A DNA stretch of 64,000 nt from Tubulanus polymorphus (Eukaryota > Animalia > Nemertea): NCBI RefSeq assembly GCF_964204645.1, contig NC_134033.1, positions 11,850,655-11,914,654 on the forward strand, read 5' to 3'. Below are positions 1-13,413 of this stretch, one piece after another. Position numbers and translations under genes: made by a program. Numbering within the stretch: the stretch's first letter is position 1; each line of letters starts with the position of its first letter. The notes beneath the pieces were generated by a model. It had not been told where the DNA came from, did no database searches, and worked only from the letters and a program-made list of their open reading frames with translations.

Positions 1-80
1 ATGAGATATGCGTCATGAGCTTCATGAGTTCGAGGATGGTACCCTGTCGAGTAGAAACAGAGCTGATGCCAAAACCAGAT

Positions 81-295
81 TTCTGATCACATCCAAGCGG
101 TCATTATCAGGTTAAAGACCAGCACCTAATGGTCACTAACGGATCGACAACATCATGGTAGTCATAATCCAGTCAGACCACATCATTATAGCCAACATCT
201 AATTATCAGTCAAGTGAGTACACCTAAGCAGTCACCATTAGGTCAGTGACCACATCCTAGTGGTCATCATTAAGTGAAGGACTATATCTTAGTGT
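81..295. repeat. Degenerate ~30-bp tandem repeat in MED12 intron
   Basis: Recurring GACCACATC..TAGTGGTCA..ATTAGGTCAG-like units at about 30-bp spacing. Confidence 0.45.
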
Positions 296-469
296 AGAAG
301 AATCAAGGATCATTCTTTTCCCGCCAAGAATCAATCTTCAGTGCTCCACCAAGAGCATTTCAGTGTGGATGACACAATAATGAAATACCGGTAATGAATG
401 AACTAACCGAGTTAAAATGCTGAACAAGTTAACTCCAATCACTACCAATCGAAGGCAGTTTTTACTTAC

Positions 470-3400
470 CCTTCAAAAGCTTGCGCTGTGAGTTCCTGCG
501 TGACGAGTAGATACGCGTGATACTTGCGTAAAACAGCCACGATACACAAACACAACGACGTCGTATAACTGCCGGATAAACTAGAATCCTTTACGACTAA
601 CTGAACTTCCACTGCGCTCATCTCTTTCAATATCTAAAACAATCGCAATAACAAATTTGTATTGAATTTCTGAAAATACTGAGCAAGAACCAATAACTAC
701 ATATTAGTGACTTCAAGAACCTAAGCTGGCAGCTGCTACCAGTAGGACGAGAAGATTCGTAAAGTAGCTGTGTTAACTGGGTATAGAATTAATACCGTAA
801 CGAGATGGATAGTACTATAGGCCCCAATAAGTTAATTATTTATTTGACGCACAAGCTTTTGCTACTAATGTATAGAAGCTTCATCAGGTGAAAGCTTCTA
901 TACATTAGTAGCCAAAGCTTGAGCTATAGGGGCCTATAGTACTACTCATCTTGTTATTTAGTAGAAGAACGTAAACTTGAATATGAAAATGGCACTTAAC
1001 GCATGTTTTATTCTAACATATTTAAAGAGAATGTCTCGATTGCTTGCTTTAACTAAACATCGACTTCATAGTTTAGCAGTATATCGTGATTAACCTTATC
1101 ATCATAGACGGTGACTTACCGAGATGGTGAATTCTATCAGTCCATTGATATTCAATGCGTACTCGATCAAATCGAACAAGTACGATATGTTCTCGACTAA
1201 CGGCAGATAGATGGAGCCGCCGGTCGTGAAGCTGTTGATCACCTCGACGACGGAGCTCGCGCACGAACTCGTCACGACGTACATGTCGAAGTACGACAAC
1301 TTCTGGAACTTGTTGAACGTACTTTCGAACGTCATCGACGACGAATCCGAGTCTTTATCGCGTTCTTTCTCTTTTTTCTTTTTCATTTTGCCGACGTCTC
1401 CGCTCGTCACGTCGATGCTGTTCTTCTTGCTGAACAGTTTCATGATCTCTTTCGTGATCGTCTTGTTGCGTTTGCGCGATTCCTCGCGCGCCTTGCCGAA
1501 CCCGTACAGTATGACCATACGCGTGTTCGCCTCGTGTATGTATTCGTCCGTCTGCTGTATCGGGAAGTGCGTCACGTACTGCAGGTGGCGCTGCGTGCAC
1601 TTCTGGTCACGCGTCGGCGGCTGCATGCAAGCCGCGTTGATGTTGCCGCCGATCATACCGCTTTGAAGAAGATCTTTTTCCGACTTAACCGATTTCACGG
1701 ACGCTGAAACAACGACATTTAAATAGTAATTTTTGATTTGTCTGGTTAAGATCCTGGACGGGTGAAGCCTGGATGATCACTTTTACAAAGTCTGCTAATA
1801 AGATGTCTGTCTTCAAATACAAATATGTAAGGTGAAGTCTTGAATGTAGGTGAAGCCTGGAGAATCAAAATGATCAACTATTGAAGGGGTCTAGGGGAAG
1901 GATCAAGTTCAGACAGCAGATTGTGACCTTCAGCTTGTATCTCTATCGCGACATCCAAACTCTGCAAGAAATCATCTATCAGACCAGGTAGGACTACCCA
2001 ATTAATTTCACCGGGTTGAGAAGAGGCAACAAGGATCCTTGAACGCTAATCTGACATTTAAGAGTTACACTTCCCACCACAGCACGTAATATTAGAATGT
2101 CTGATCCTAGTAAATCGATGAAGTAATTTCTACAGTACTCACCAGGTGGTTCTGGTTCCGGTGTAGGAGGTTTGATTGGTGTGAGCTCCATCGCTTCTTG
2201 TCTCATCAAATTTGTAAAGAAATCAAAATCGGTGTCGAAATTTTGATGTTCGAGCTCGAACTTCATATCTTCTTGGGTCTGAAAAGAACGAAACACATAA
2301 GATTGATGTAAGCATAGATTTCAATAATGTTGCATTAAACGGAGTAGGCGCATGCTGCACGGTCAAAACTGGTCTCAGTGACCCCATCACCCCCCCACCC
2401 CCGCCCATACAATAACATCATTTTTGGATAAATTATATTTTTGGTACTGAAATGTAGTTTCTAACAGATCCACTCGGAATAGCACCATTGGTTCCATTAG
2501 TAGAATAACGAATCTAACAATATGACTGTGCCACAGGTTCTGAGGTTAACCCTTTCAATGCGTCTACACCGCAATGCGGTGTACGAATCAGTGATGGATT
2601 TTGCTAGTACACCGCACTGCGGTGTATTGATTTAATTAGTAATTACTAATTATTTCTCCCGAAAGATGGCATCACCTGTCAAACATAGTGAAATATTAGT
2701 AACTAACGATATACCGCGCCATGGTGTAGACGCATTATAGTGCTATTCCCGTTATTCAACAAACTAGGGTGGAATTTTTCAGAATTTTCAAATTATCTTC
2801 AGCACTATAGGGTATTAATTAGTCAGCACTGAAAGGGTTAAATTGTCGGCTTCAAACCGAGTAAGAACGACGTAACCACTGAAATACAATATTTACTTAC
2901 GTCTTGAATTTCTTGTTTGACGCACAATTCGCTTTTGACGCTGGATAAATCGACGCCGTTGCACGTGTTGACGAGCGCAGCAGACGACACGTCACCGCGA
3001 GCGATCAACGTGCTCAGATAGACGTCCAATGAGAAGACGTCGTGACGCACGAGCTCGTGGAACAGTAGAATCAGATTACCGAATGCCTGACGATTCTCCG
3101 TCGACGGAGTTCCTTCATCTACAAATACATAGTCATAATCTTGAATTCAGGGTCCCTACAGATCAGTCATTCTACGATGTAAGGCGTTTCCAAGGAGTTT
3201 TAAATGAGAAAAAAATTCAAGGAAGTGTCTGAATCACTACTTTGGACTAAAATCGATACTGTTTATCTAGGTAAACCATTAATTCGGTGGTTTTCTAAAC
3301 AAACTAATATCCTTTACAGTACCTAGTTCGCTAGTTCAGGAATCCGAAAGTTTCTAATCTACTCCATGTATTATAGGGTGGGAAAGTGCGAGCACTGGAG

Positions 3401-6400
3401 GGTATTTCGAATCGATGCAATCATATCTATGCTGTTAATATTTACCGTAAGTTGGAGCTTTAGTATCGAGAAACTGCATGAGTAAATTCTGATACGCCGG
3501 AACTGTCGAAGCTGCCAAAGCATCAGATGTTATCGACTCTTTCTCATCAATCATTTCTCCATCCGTAAATTTCTGAAATTAGCAACCAATTAATAGCCAT
3601 TAATAATTGCCCCTTTTGTTTCTTGTTAGCTACTATCAACGTACGAGGCTAGATCTGCTCCCGAGCGTAATAGAATTACTGACGTGAGGTGTTTTTAAGC
3701 CTATTTTGAAGTCTCTTCCCGAAAACAAGTAAAGCCTGGATGATCAAAAATTTGAAGAATGATATTTAAGTACTGGGAGGGTCCAGTCAGCAGATTTTAC
3801 CATCTTAGCTCTTTAAATATATAACCAAAAGAATCAAAACTCACTATAAACAACTTTAAAAGAAAGGTGTTAACAATGGTCTCTACAGAGTCCGAAACAT
3901 TGTCTATTTTAATTTCTGACTTGAATTTCATCTTTCGACTTTGTATAAAATGAACATACCTCAGGAGTCGTTTCGCTTTGACGTTTTTCGAGTAATTTCG
4001 CGACGATAATAGATCGATGTTCACCCATTCTCTGAACGCAAACCGCCCACTCGCACAACAACATTATAACCGGCTCATCCTTCGGAAAATAATGAATAAC
4101 TGACTGAGACACATTGATCTTTAATTACCTGGGGCCGGTTTTACAGACTGGTATTACCTTTAAACCCGGGGGTTAACTCAATTCATTATCAATTGAGTTA
4201 GCCCACCGGGTTAAAGGTAATACCGGTCCATAAAACCGGGCCCTGGATGCTTGTTCTAACAATCAATACGTACATCTGTAGAGTCTTTTCCGTGCGCCGA
4301 GCCAAATATTCGATTGTACAAAGAATCCAACGAGTTACTACTTTCGACTTTTTCGAAATTGTGACGATCTAAATATTCCAAAACGGCGAGAACCTTCGTC
4401 GTCGTATGACCTACAAAGAAATTATGGCGATATATATATATATATGTTAAAATTCGTGGCGTGAATCTCTATTGATCGTTGAAGGCCTACCTGCCGCCGA
4501 TTGTTGCCATTTATCCGAAGACCATCGGATTTCGGCCGCCCGGCTTCGTAGTCGGATTTGATGTTCGGCCATACGAATCTCCGCCCGGTACTAGAAAGGG
4601 AAGGTGAATTGAATTCATTATTCACTTTCACATCATCCGATTGTAAGACTGATAGTCGATTTAAAAGTAATCAATTCATTTGCGATCAACTTTGAACTGG
4701 TATTTTAAGCTCCTGAATCATCACGCAAACTTCTCATGACATCAACTTTTCAAATCGGTGTTTGGTCAAGTAATCGTCCGTTATTGATTTACTCAACACC
4801 AAAATTGATTAAATTTCATTTGAAAACGGAAGAAATCGAAATGCAGTATGCCGTTAGAATATACTAGAGAAACTTGCGGATCATCACAGAGTCCTCACTC
4901 GCCAAGGGTACCCTATTACTAATAACCGGTACTAACCTGTTGATTATGCGCACCAGGGGGCATCGGTAGACTAGACGGAGCACACGGTAGGTGATCGAGC
5001 GGCGATCCGGTCAGGTACGGGTGGGTTTTCCCCTCGCCGATGTTATACCAGATCAACGCTCCCGGACACTGCAGCGTTATAGTCTGTATAACAGCGCTCA
5101 ACGTCAACATTATAGTCCGGTGCTGCGGGCAGTTGTTATACTCCGAGAATATCGCCAATAGAGGGCTCTGTATCGGCGGAGAATTCTGCGAAGACGCGAC
5201 TCTAGATAAAATAGAAGAAACGATATGAAGAATTTACCAGACGGTCGATAAACGCATCAATAAGATCGATTTCAAACCAACCCGTTAGCCGACTGATTCA
5301 TCATGGGTGAATCCGTACACGGCGACGACATCGCGCAACTAGAATCATTGCACAATTGAGTGATCTTTTTACAAGCGAAGTGAGCCATTCTTCGAGACAG
5401 TAACTGAGACAGGGTCACCTCGTCCATATACTGAAATAAACGCATCAAGTTTCTAGCATTAAGTCTTTTCTTCGAAGCAAGTTTTCAGTTTTCATTCATC
5501 GCGCAGACAATCAATAAACTCGTTCTGAAAATTTTTCACACATCGTGCAAAAGTCAATCCTCGGACCAAAGTCAAGATTTCGAAAACCCTTAGTTTTTTA
5601 CGTTAAGATGTAGCCGAACTGTAGCACAACAGATGCTTATTAATACAAAAGGGCATATTTTTTAAGGTTCAACGGGAATCTCAAGGGTCCTCTAAATAAA
5701 TCTTGTTGTACTCGGAGCATTCTGAGGGCCGTACTGTTTTATTTAAGTTATTCCTTAAAAAAACCTAGAAATTTGATTTTGAAATTTTCGAAGTTTTTCC
5801 CTATTTCGCAGCATCGATGCGAGAACGATGCGTAAAGCTTACGTTTAACGCTAACATCAGCAACAGTTTCAACACGCTGTCCTCGTTGTTCTTCGTTTTC
5901 TCCATCGACTCGATGATCCACGTGAGGATTTCCATCGGATCGAGCAACGACTCCTCGAAGCAGAAACGCATCAGCTGCGTCACGTAATTCCAGTGTTTCA
6001 ACGCCTGGTCGAGGTCGACCTGCGTCACCTGCTGCGTGGTCGCCGTCAGGAAGCTAGTCTGCGACGACGACGGACCGACGTAGTGCTCGGAGATCTTCAT
6101 CACCTGATCGCGGAGGAATTTCGTAAACGCCTGAGCCCATTCTACGATAAACGGTAAAACAATCTTATGTTCATATATCTGAGCGTATCGAAAATTTTCC
6201 AAGAAAATCTAAGATTCTGTCTATATGCCGACGACGGCAGAAAAACGAACGCGAAAATATTGCCATCAGCGACCAGGAATATTCATTTGATATTTCGACT
6301 TTATCCTCATATAATCATCTTCAGGAATACTGGCAACTTCAGTATCCCTGAAAATGACTAAATTAGGATATAGTCAAAACCCTATCAGGACAATTCCCCC

Positions 6401-9122
6401 GCCCGAAGTAAATCCTTTTAAATCTGGATTAACACCACCTAAATACATTTGTCAATGAATTTATCTGAATTAGTTTTAGTGTTACTTTAGCAGATCAAAA
6501 CCTTTAAAATCCATCCTCAAGTAATTATAATCCACTTACCAAATCAAAGGAAACTTAGTCTACTTATCAGTGACTAATTTTATTATTGGAATGAGTTTAG
6601 GTGTTTAAGAGTTTAAGTTAGTTAGCTAGTCTAAACTTAGTTAGTTCTAAGTTAGTTAGTCTAAGTTCCGGGGAGAATTGTCCGGGGGGGAATTGTCCTA
6701 GAATCAGTCGAAACCTCAATTGAATAAATATTAGCTCAAGGAAACATGATTCCTTTTATTCTTAAAGTGAGATTTTATATTGCTATACGACACAAACCTA
6801 TCGGTAATCTGATTTACAGTGCAAAACCTCAGTCATATCATTTTCATGAAATTATATATCTATATTTACCTATAGAAGGGTCGGCGATTTGGCGTTTCTT
6901 CATTTTCGTTTCTGACATGGTGATCGTGTAGGCCGAACTCATCTTGATGAACCACGCCGCCCTCAAGTCGGGCACGGCGTACTCACACAGCTTCGTGAAT
7001 ATATCCTCTTTCTTGATGAATATCGGCACTTTCTTCGCGAGAATCGTCAGCGATTTGTTACCGGCGAGATCGCGAAACCAATTCTCCAGCGCCGGTTTTG
7101 ATCGCGCTGTGACCTAATGATAATTAATAATGTGTTTAACCCTTTCAGTGCTGACTAATCAGTGCCCTATAGTGCTGGAGGGAATTTGAAAATTTTAAAA
7201 AATTCCACCCTAGCGTGTTGAACAATGGGAATACCACTATAGTGCGTTTAAACTGCGGCGCAGTGTATCGTTAGTTACTAGTATTTCACCATGTTTGACA
7301 GGTGCTGCCATTTTTCAAGAGAGATAATTACTAATTAGGGCCTACATCAATACACCACAGTGCGGTGTACTAGCAAAATCTATCACTGATTTATACACCG
7401 CATTGCGGTGTAGATGCACTGAATGGGTTTATATAGCCACGCTGAATCCAGCTAAAGGCTCAGAGTTCTTTACGTAGAACCCTTGCTAAAGAATTGTTTT
7501 TAATGCTCTTCCTGAAGGTCTCATTTTAATTGCAGAGAAAAAATGATTAATCGACTCACGAGTACAGTAGACTCCATTTCAGGGTTCTTATGTGTTTCCC
7601 AATTTTAATTTCCATACGCAGATAATATGAATTTTCCATACCCCCGGAATGAGACCCAGCTTAATGAACCCATCGTCTCTCGCAGGAATTCGAACCCACT
7701 ACCTTCGTCAGGCCATTTCTCCCTCACAGCGATAAAACTCTACAGAATGAACCCTGATCCATTCTTTCTTCATACCCATCGAAAGACCCAGCTCAAAAAG
7801 AACCGTTACGCGAGACTCCAGGCGCGCTCAACACCTACCGGCCAGAAATTATCTTTAACATTAACGGGTTGCTTCTTTTTGCTCGTATCTTGCGACGTGT
7901 TGTTTTCAGTTTTCTTCGCGATGATCGCATTAAAGCAATTATTGAGCTGGAAAAAATAATACGCTTATCAATTGACAAGATATACCCGGTAATCTAAATA
8001 GATTAATAGGTAATCTATCTAGATTCCTATAAGCATAAAAATCTCGACTAAGCCTAAATCTCGATTCCTCTAATGGAAAGGGAAAGGCCTACCAGCAACA
8101 CCAGATGGCGCAGTAAATAAACTGGTCTTAGCATTCATAGTGAAAATCAGCTCATTTTTAATGAAATTTGAACTTGATTTTTTATCTGGAAATTATCAAA
8201 TGAGCAATCGGATAGATATAAATTTTGTTTCTCACGCAGTACATGGCATTGATTTCGCTGAAAATTGTAATCAGAAAAGTTGACTGGAATTTAATTAAAA
8301 TGTAGAAGAAATTGAAGAACAGTGAATTGGGATTCTTTTGGGATATTGGCATTCCAGGGGCTAACAGTTAACCTGAATTCATAAGCGGTAATACAAACCT
8401 TGTTAGCGTCGAGGGTATCATTCCTCGCAGATCCATGCTGAAAATGTACAAAGTTGAGAAAATGAAAAAAAGGGCAGCACCTTCTGCGAAGATCTGGTGA
8501 GCCGACCGGAAATGCCAGACAGACGATGACCGGCCGAGGGTATACGCCGGAATTGACAGTTTTCTTTGCGATCAGAGCGACCGTATATGCCATAGGAAAG
8601 GGTTAAAATTAAATACTTACCTCTTCCTGCACGTGTGGTACGTTACTGAATCCCTGTTTTACGGTGATCGTTCCCAACTCATCCTGAAATTACACCAGCA
8701 GAGCAATTTCTCATTTCTCCCTCTACACACAGCAATCTCTACACTACTACAGAATAAACACCCACCGATATTATAGCGATTCATCCGAGCCCTTCAGGAA
8801 ATTAAAGTACCCATCAAAATACCCAGCAATGGACCTGAGGCTGGTTAATCGATTGGTGATAGGCCTACTTGATCCGGGATGGAATTGTAGAGCTACCACT
8901 GAGGGCCGACGGGGGGGACGGATGCGAGTCAGTGTTTAGTGACTGTTTGTATGATTTTTACACGTTTAAAATCCTCAAAATCAATCTATTCAGATTTATT
9001 ATATGAACTCGCTAATGAATCCTTACTTCTTTCTGTTTCGGATCCTGCGGATAACAATCAGGCGGGCCTAATCGCGGTTTTTTAAGCGGCCGTTGTTCTT
9101 GACTGAGAAAACTGGCCGCCAT
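470..9122 (-). CDS. MED12: Mediator complex subunit 12 (MED12/kohtalo), 5' portion; gene continues beyond window start
   Basis: Spliced exons with GT-AG ends and continuous phase: 9027-9122, 8621-8683, 8399-8437, 7839-7946, 6870-7113, 5843-6141, 5282-5430, 4937-5201, 4491-4590, 4274-4410, 3960-4079 (acceptor may instead be 4103), 3446-3572, 2901-3118, 2143-2278, 1120-1703, 470-633. Translation [103 protein letters not shown] matches the MED12 N-terminus and LCEWAV region. Confidence 0.96.
798..956. mobile_element. Fold-back/MITE-like inverted repeat
   Basis: Outer arms ACGAGATGGATAGTACTATAGGCCCC / GGGGCCTATAGTACTACTCATCTTGT and inner arms CAAGCTTTTGCTACTAATGTATAGAAGCTT / AAGCTTCTATACATTAGTAGCCAAAGCTTG are near-perfect reverse complements. 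Confidence 0.7.
2550..2837. mobile_element. piggyBac-type MITE, family A copy 1
   Basis: TTAA on both sides (2546-2549, 2838-2841); termini CCCTTTCA...TGAAAGGG; full inverted copy at 7140-7427. Confidence 0.85.
4132..4242. mobile_element. Harbinger-type palindromic MITE
   Basis: Whole element is an inverted repeat (GGGCCGGTTTTACAGACTGGTATTACCTTTAA.. / ..TTAAAGGTAATACCGGTCCATAAAACCGGGCC) flanked by CTG on both sides. Confidence 0.75.
6382..6705. mobile_element. Non-autonomous DNA transposon, MULE-like
   Basis: Inverted AGGACAATTCCCCC / GGGGGAATTGTCCT ends; flanking near-identical 10-mers AGTCAAAACC / AGTCGAAACC as a possible target-site duplication; internal AGTT-rich repeats. Confidence 0.55.
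7140..7427. mobile_element. piggyBac-type MITE, family A copy 2 (inverted relative to copy 1)
   Basis: TTAA-CCCTTTCAGTGCTGACTAAT...TGAATGGG-TTTA; colinear reverse complement of 2550-2837. Decayed pieces also at about 33420-33530 and 45028-45085. Confidence 0.85.
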
Positions 9123-9756
9123 GACATCTCTGTATTATTATCAATTATAGACCGTACAGTGCTGCCACTCTGTGACCAATTCGTAGACTGGTTGCCCGTC
9201 CAATTCGCAGTAAATATAGACAGGCAACCAGTCCAGTTGATGATAAATTCCGTACTCTAGACTGCAGCAATCAATGATGATTTCGCTTCTAGGACACAAG
9301 CTCGTAGTAAGGTATATTAGTATAAGTATATAAGTCACTGAAAAATAAGACATAATTTTCAAAAACCATATGGGAATTAGCAAAATCAAATCGGTGACCA
9401 TTAGTATTCCAGTATTATTTGGATTGTGACAATTTCTATGTCGCTCCCTCAGATCAAAGGGCATAGAAATGATATTATCGAAAATTTCGGATTACATCGA
9501 TCGTGTCTCTCGTCCTGTAGCGGGCGTTGTTCTACTTACGCTACCAATTGAAACCGTTCGTAGGTTTCATCGAATTTTAAATCGTTTATGACTTTTTCAA
9601 ACAACCTCAGAATCAATTCCATTATAGTTATGTATGGCGTGCGTTTCGAATTTAGTTTCATGTCGCTCCGAAAACATCGATTTGCGATATCATGCGACGA
9701 GCATTTGTTTTATTTTCCATAACAGTTAGCTCGTTACAGGAACTGTACTTACGTAC
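9123..9756. promoter_or_regulatory. Putative bidirectional promoter region between MED12 and the PAN-domain gene
   Basis: Divergent start codons at 9122 (-) and 9757 (+), 634 bp apart. Confidence 0.45.
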
Positions 9757-11336
9757 ATGAAGGTGGAACAATTAAACCGTCGTCGGTTCAAAATGATATT
9801 CATTCTCCTGATTTCGGTTTATTTCAGTTGGTGCAATGGTAGGTTTTACGGCTGGCTGTATTTTACGATGTTTCTATGAAACTTATCTTTAATATAATCA
9901 TTGTATTGAAGAAAAATTCACAATTTAACGAAAAACTATAAAAGCAGTTTGACGTTTCGACGTTTCGACTCAATCGCTATGAGCCATTTACAAAACTGTT
10001 TAGATTTTGGACTAACATTACGGAGTGGATTAAATGATTTTGAACATGAGCAAACATGGCTCCGGAAAAACATATACCTTATCGCGTATTGTAGTTATCA
10101 ATACATAATATCGTCGATAGGTGAAACCTTTGCGAGTCAAGTCTTCCAGTTGATCGTTACTTTTCCTTTAGTTTTTTAAAGTTCATACGAATGTAACATA
10201 ATCTACTTTATCTTATTCATTGTCGTAACACATTAATGTTATTTTTCAAGACGTCAATAAACGTTGAATTTAGTTGTCTTCCTTTTGTTGTTCATTTCTG
10301 TTCATAATTCAGATTGAATATGAATTCTTACATTCAATCCGTTTTTCAGCCTACGGATTTTCTACATTGAGTTTAGGACCTATTTGGAAAGGAAGTGAAG
10401 GTATGGGGTGTTATACATTGGTGTTTCATGAAGTGAAATTCCCGTCAAATGCATTTATAACTGGAATCGATTACTACAGGCAAGTTGGTAATTGGCGACC
10501 CGATGAACTAGCCGTGTTCAGGAAATTTCTCATCGCGCAGAACAGCTACACTTTGATTCATAGATTACTGATCCCTACCGGACCAACGGGAATCGTACAA
10601 CGGAGATTCAATCAGTCGCAATGGATGGCCGTTCGGGAGAATGACGTGCTTGGTTTTCAGTGCGTTGATGGAAGGAATGAAGGGTCGGTGACATTGTTCA
10701 ATCGATCTTCTCAATTCGTGGCTCCTTATAGAAAATATGCTCACAGACTGAAATCATTAACTGCTGGTGAAACTTGTGACTTTTCCGATCCTGGATCATT
10801 CATTTCTATGCCGTATGAAATATTATACATTCCCAGTAAATACACCTTCACGCGCAGCAATACTAGTGATAATAATCTCACAACAAGCATGCAAGGTATG
10901 AGATTTTTGTTTTATATTTTCAGCGATTTTTGTGTAAATCTCGCCGCTCACTGATGCCGGATTATTCTATAGGCCTATTGGATACTGCGTCTTCACGAAA
11001 AACCAGTTCTTAGGAAAGTGGTTTAAATGAAAGTGGCCGGCTAGCCGGTTTGAAATAAGGTCATTCGTCTTATCGTGGATTGTTCTCTTTTCAGTCACGT
11101 ACAAGGAATACGCAAATACGGACGTGTTCGAATCAATTCAAAAAATCGAGGAAATCAAGTACATGTCCAGCAGTGTTTATTGCGTGTTTCGGTGCGCGAT
11201 GCTCGGAACCCAATCTTGTTCAACTGTGGCATTCTCATTTGAGACTGAATCCTGCAGTCTGTATCACTCATCGCCGCTACAAACTATCACAAGCGTTGCT
11301 AATACATTATTTACAGTTTTAGTTACCGATAATTGA
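9757..11336 (+). CDS. Secreted protein (~289 aa): signal peptide, uncharacterised beta-rich domain, C-terminal PAN/Apple domain
   Basis: Exons 9757-9838 (MKVEQLNRRRFKMIFILLISVYFSWCN; second ATG at 9793), 10350-10895, 11095-11336. Both introns are phase 1 GT-AG and 870 nt is in frame. Last exon has C-x3-C-x7-C..VAF..C-x-LY (YCVFRCAMLGTQSCSTVAFSFETESCSLY), typical of PAN/Apple. Confidence 0.8.
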
Positions 11337-12952
11337 AGGAGATATATACAACAAATGAATTTTATTGGTATCTGCATATTGTTCAGACAGTTATGAAGCA
11401 CGGATTGTTTTCATTTGACACTGTAGTTATGAAAGTTATCAAAGTTACCCTACAGCTAAATCCTTATCCTAAGTGACAACCGCAGAAACCATCGTAATAG
11501 CAAACAAATTTCGAAATTTTCCCGGGAATTATTTTGCCCCAAATTCAAAGAGCGGGCCTGAGAACAGTAAAACAACTGAAATTAGGGAGAAATATCGATA
11601 TGCGGATATGTTGACGATGGCCTCGCTTTGCGGTGTGTGACATATTCGGATAACCGAAAAAAAGCAGAAAAACGCTTTACCTTTGCTTTATCATATTACC
11701 ATAGTAAGCGTTGAAAAGTTAAATTCGAATTTTAATCATTTACTTTGCAACCTCAATTTGAAGCCTACTTGAGGTATCGGTAATTGCCCGTTGCAGGGTC
11801 ATCGTCCGGTTCTTGTATATATTAATGATATCGGTTATATTCATATCTGTTTTCTTCGTAATTCATATGGATTTCATGGGAAAACGCGAAAAATAGCATA
11901 ACTACTGAATTCGGATAGTGTGATAGTGTTGACTGTCAAAATGATTCTTTTTTAAAGAAATCGTGTTTTTTGTCAGAAATGTGTAGTTTTAATGTGTAGC
12001 TTTAATTTTAAGTAAGATATATATAGTTTATTTCACATTGTATTCAAACTTATTAGATTTGGTTTATCAAGCGACCGTTCAGGTAGGCCTATAGAAAAAA
12101 TTATAATTTTATGCAGCAATTATGCATTTTAAAATGGAATCTAATTCGTGTAGGTGACGTATTATTTGTATTTTAGTTAATCAAACCAGAGTCTTGATAT
12201 ATATTATTAGGATTAACGAAATTAAAAAGACTTTCTTTTTTATTTCACCACTGATTCGAAAGCGTTTCGAAAGCGAAAACGTTAATTTCAGATTTAGAAA
12301 TGGGAGTGAGAATTTAAAGATGATTTAAAGAATCGAAAAATTGAAATATAAGTCGAGTCGAAAGCGGGTTAACTTGATTCAGTGATTGGTACTCAAGCGA
12401 AGATACATAGAGTGTGTCTAGTATCGCATAGAGAGTGTGAGAATGCGAGTTAGTATCAGCCTTTTGGATTTTCTTCAATTCCTGGCACAAATTATTGTTA
12501 CACTGACACTTCATATTGTGTTCATGTTCTATTGTAATCTCTGCACTGACTATTTATGCAAAATAAATCAAATCAAAGATTTTCTGAAGCGAATTCGAAT
12601 GAATTGTGACTTTCTGAGTCTGTTTCCCCAAACGCCACCATCTTTTCCGAGAACTTAGTCGATAGACCACCTGTCTGTGGTTTATTTTCACAATCGGATG
12701 TGTTCACGAACCACAAGCCCATCCGATTAGCTTACCACCAACGATTGGGTAACCAACTTAATCGGTGGTACCTGCTCGGCTAGCAAGTGAACTCGGCATA
12801 CCCTGATTGCGGTATTATACTCATAAAAAGTAAACGATGGGTAGACGCGTAATTGGTGCTCAAAAAACGGCAGGATACTCGATGTGCTCATAAAGCGCCT
12901 GTGGCAACAGTTCCTCCTCATCGAATTGAATATATTGCTGACTAGACACACA

Positions 12953-13069
12953 GTCAGAATGGCCGAGCGGTCTAAGGCGCCAGACTCAAGGTTCAAGCCT
13001 TGCCTGATTTACAGGTTAGAGTATTCTGGTCTACGAATGTGGGCGTGGGTTCGAATCCCACTTCTGACA
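12953..13069 (+). tRNA. tRNA-Leu(CAA) with 33-nt intron (12991-13023)
   Basis: GTCAGAATGGCCGAGCGGTCTAAGGCGCCAGACT-CAA-G|intron|TTCTGGTC..GTGGGTTCGAATCCCACTTCTGACA; A and B boxes, long variable arm, intron after position 37, T6 Pol III terminator at 13073-13078. Confidence 0.97.
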
Positions 13070-13413
13070 ACGTTTTTTATGCTACGTCTATCGCAGACAC
13101 TCTGAACCCTTCGAAGATTATACTGTGGCAGTAGCTTTTTTTTCATTCTGCGTAGAGCCTTTTTTAAAGGAAAATGTCTCATAAATTAAAAAGCCTTTTT
13201 TTATAAGTTACATTAAATGGATTGAGAAAAATGCTACGATTTCTGTCTCACAAAAAGAACACAGTTTATTACCAAACTGTTCCAATCATTTTACGCAGAA
13301 ATAGTTTTATCCGTTAAACGGATGTGATATGTATAAGAAAAATGCCGCACAAATTTGGATTGAATTGGAGATGGGGGATTATCTGTTGAAATATAGACGC
13401 CTATACTGTGTGG

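Noticed and set aside
1211-1666. 151-aa plus-strand ORF
   Set aside because: Antisense shadow of the large MED12 exon 1120-1703.
12884-13105. ORFs overlapping the first tRNA
   Set aside because: Chance translations of the tRNA gene and its flanks.
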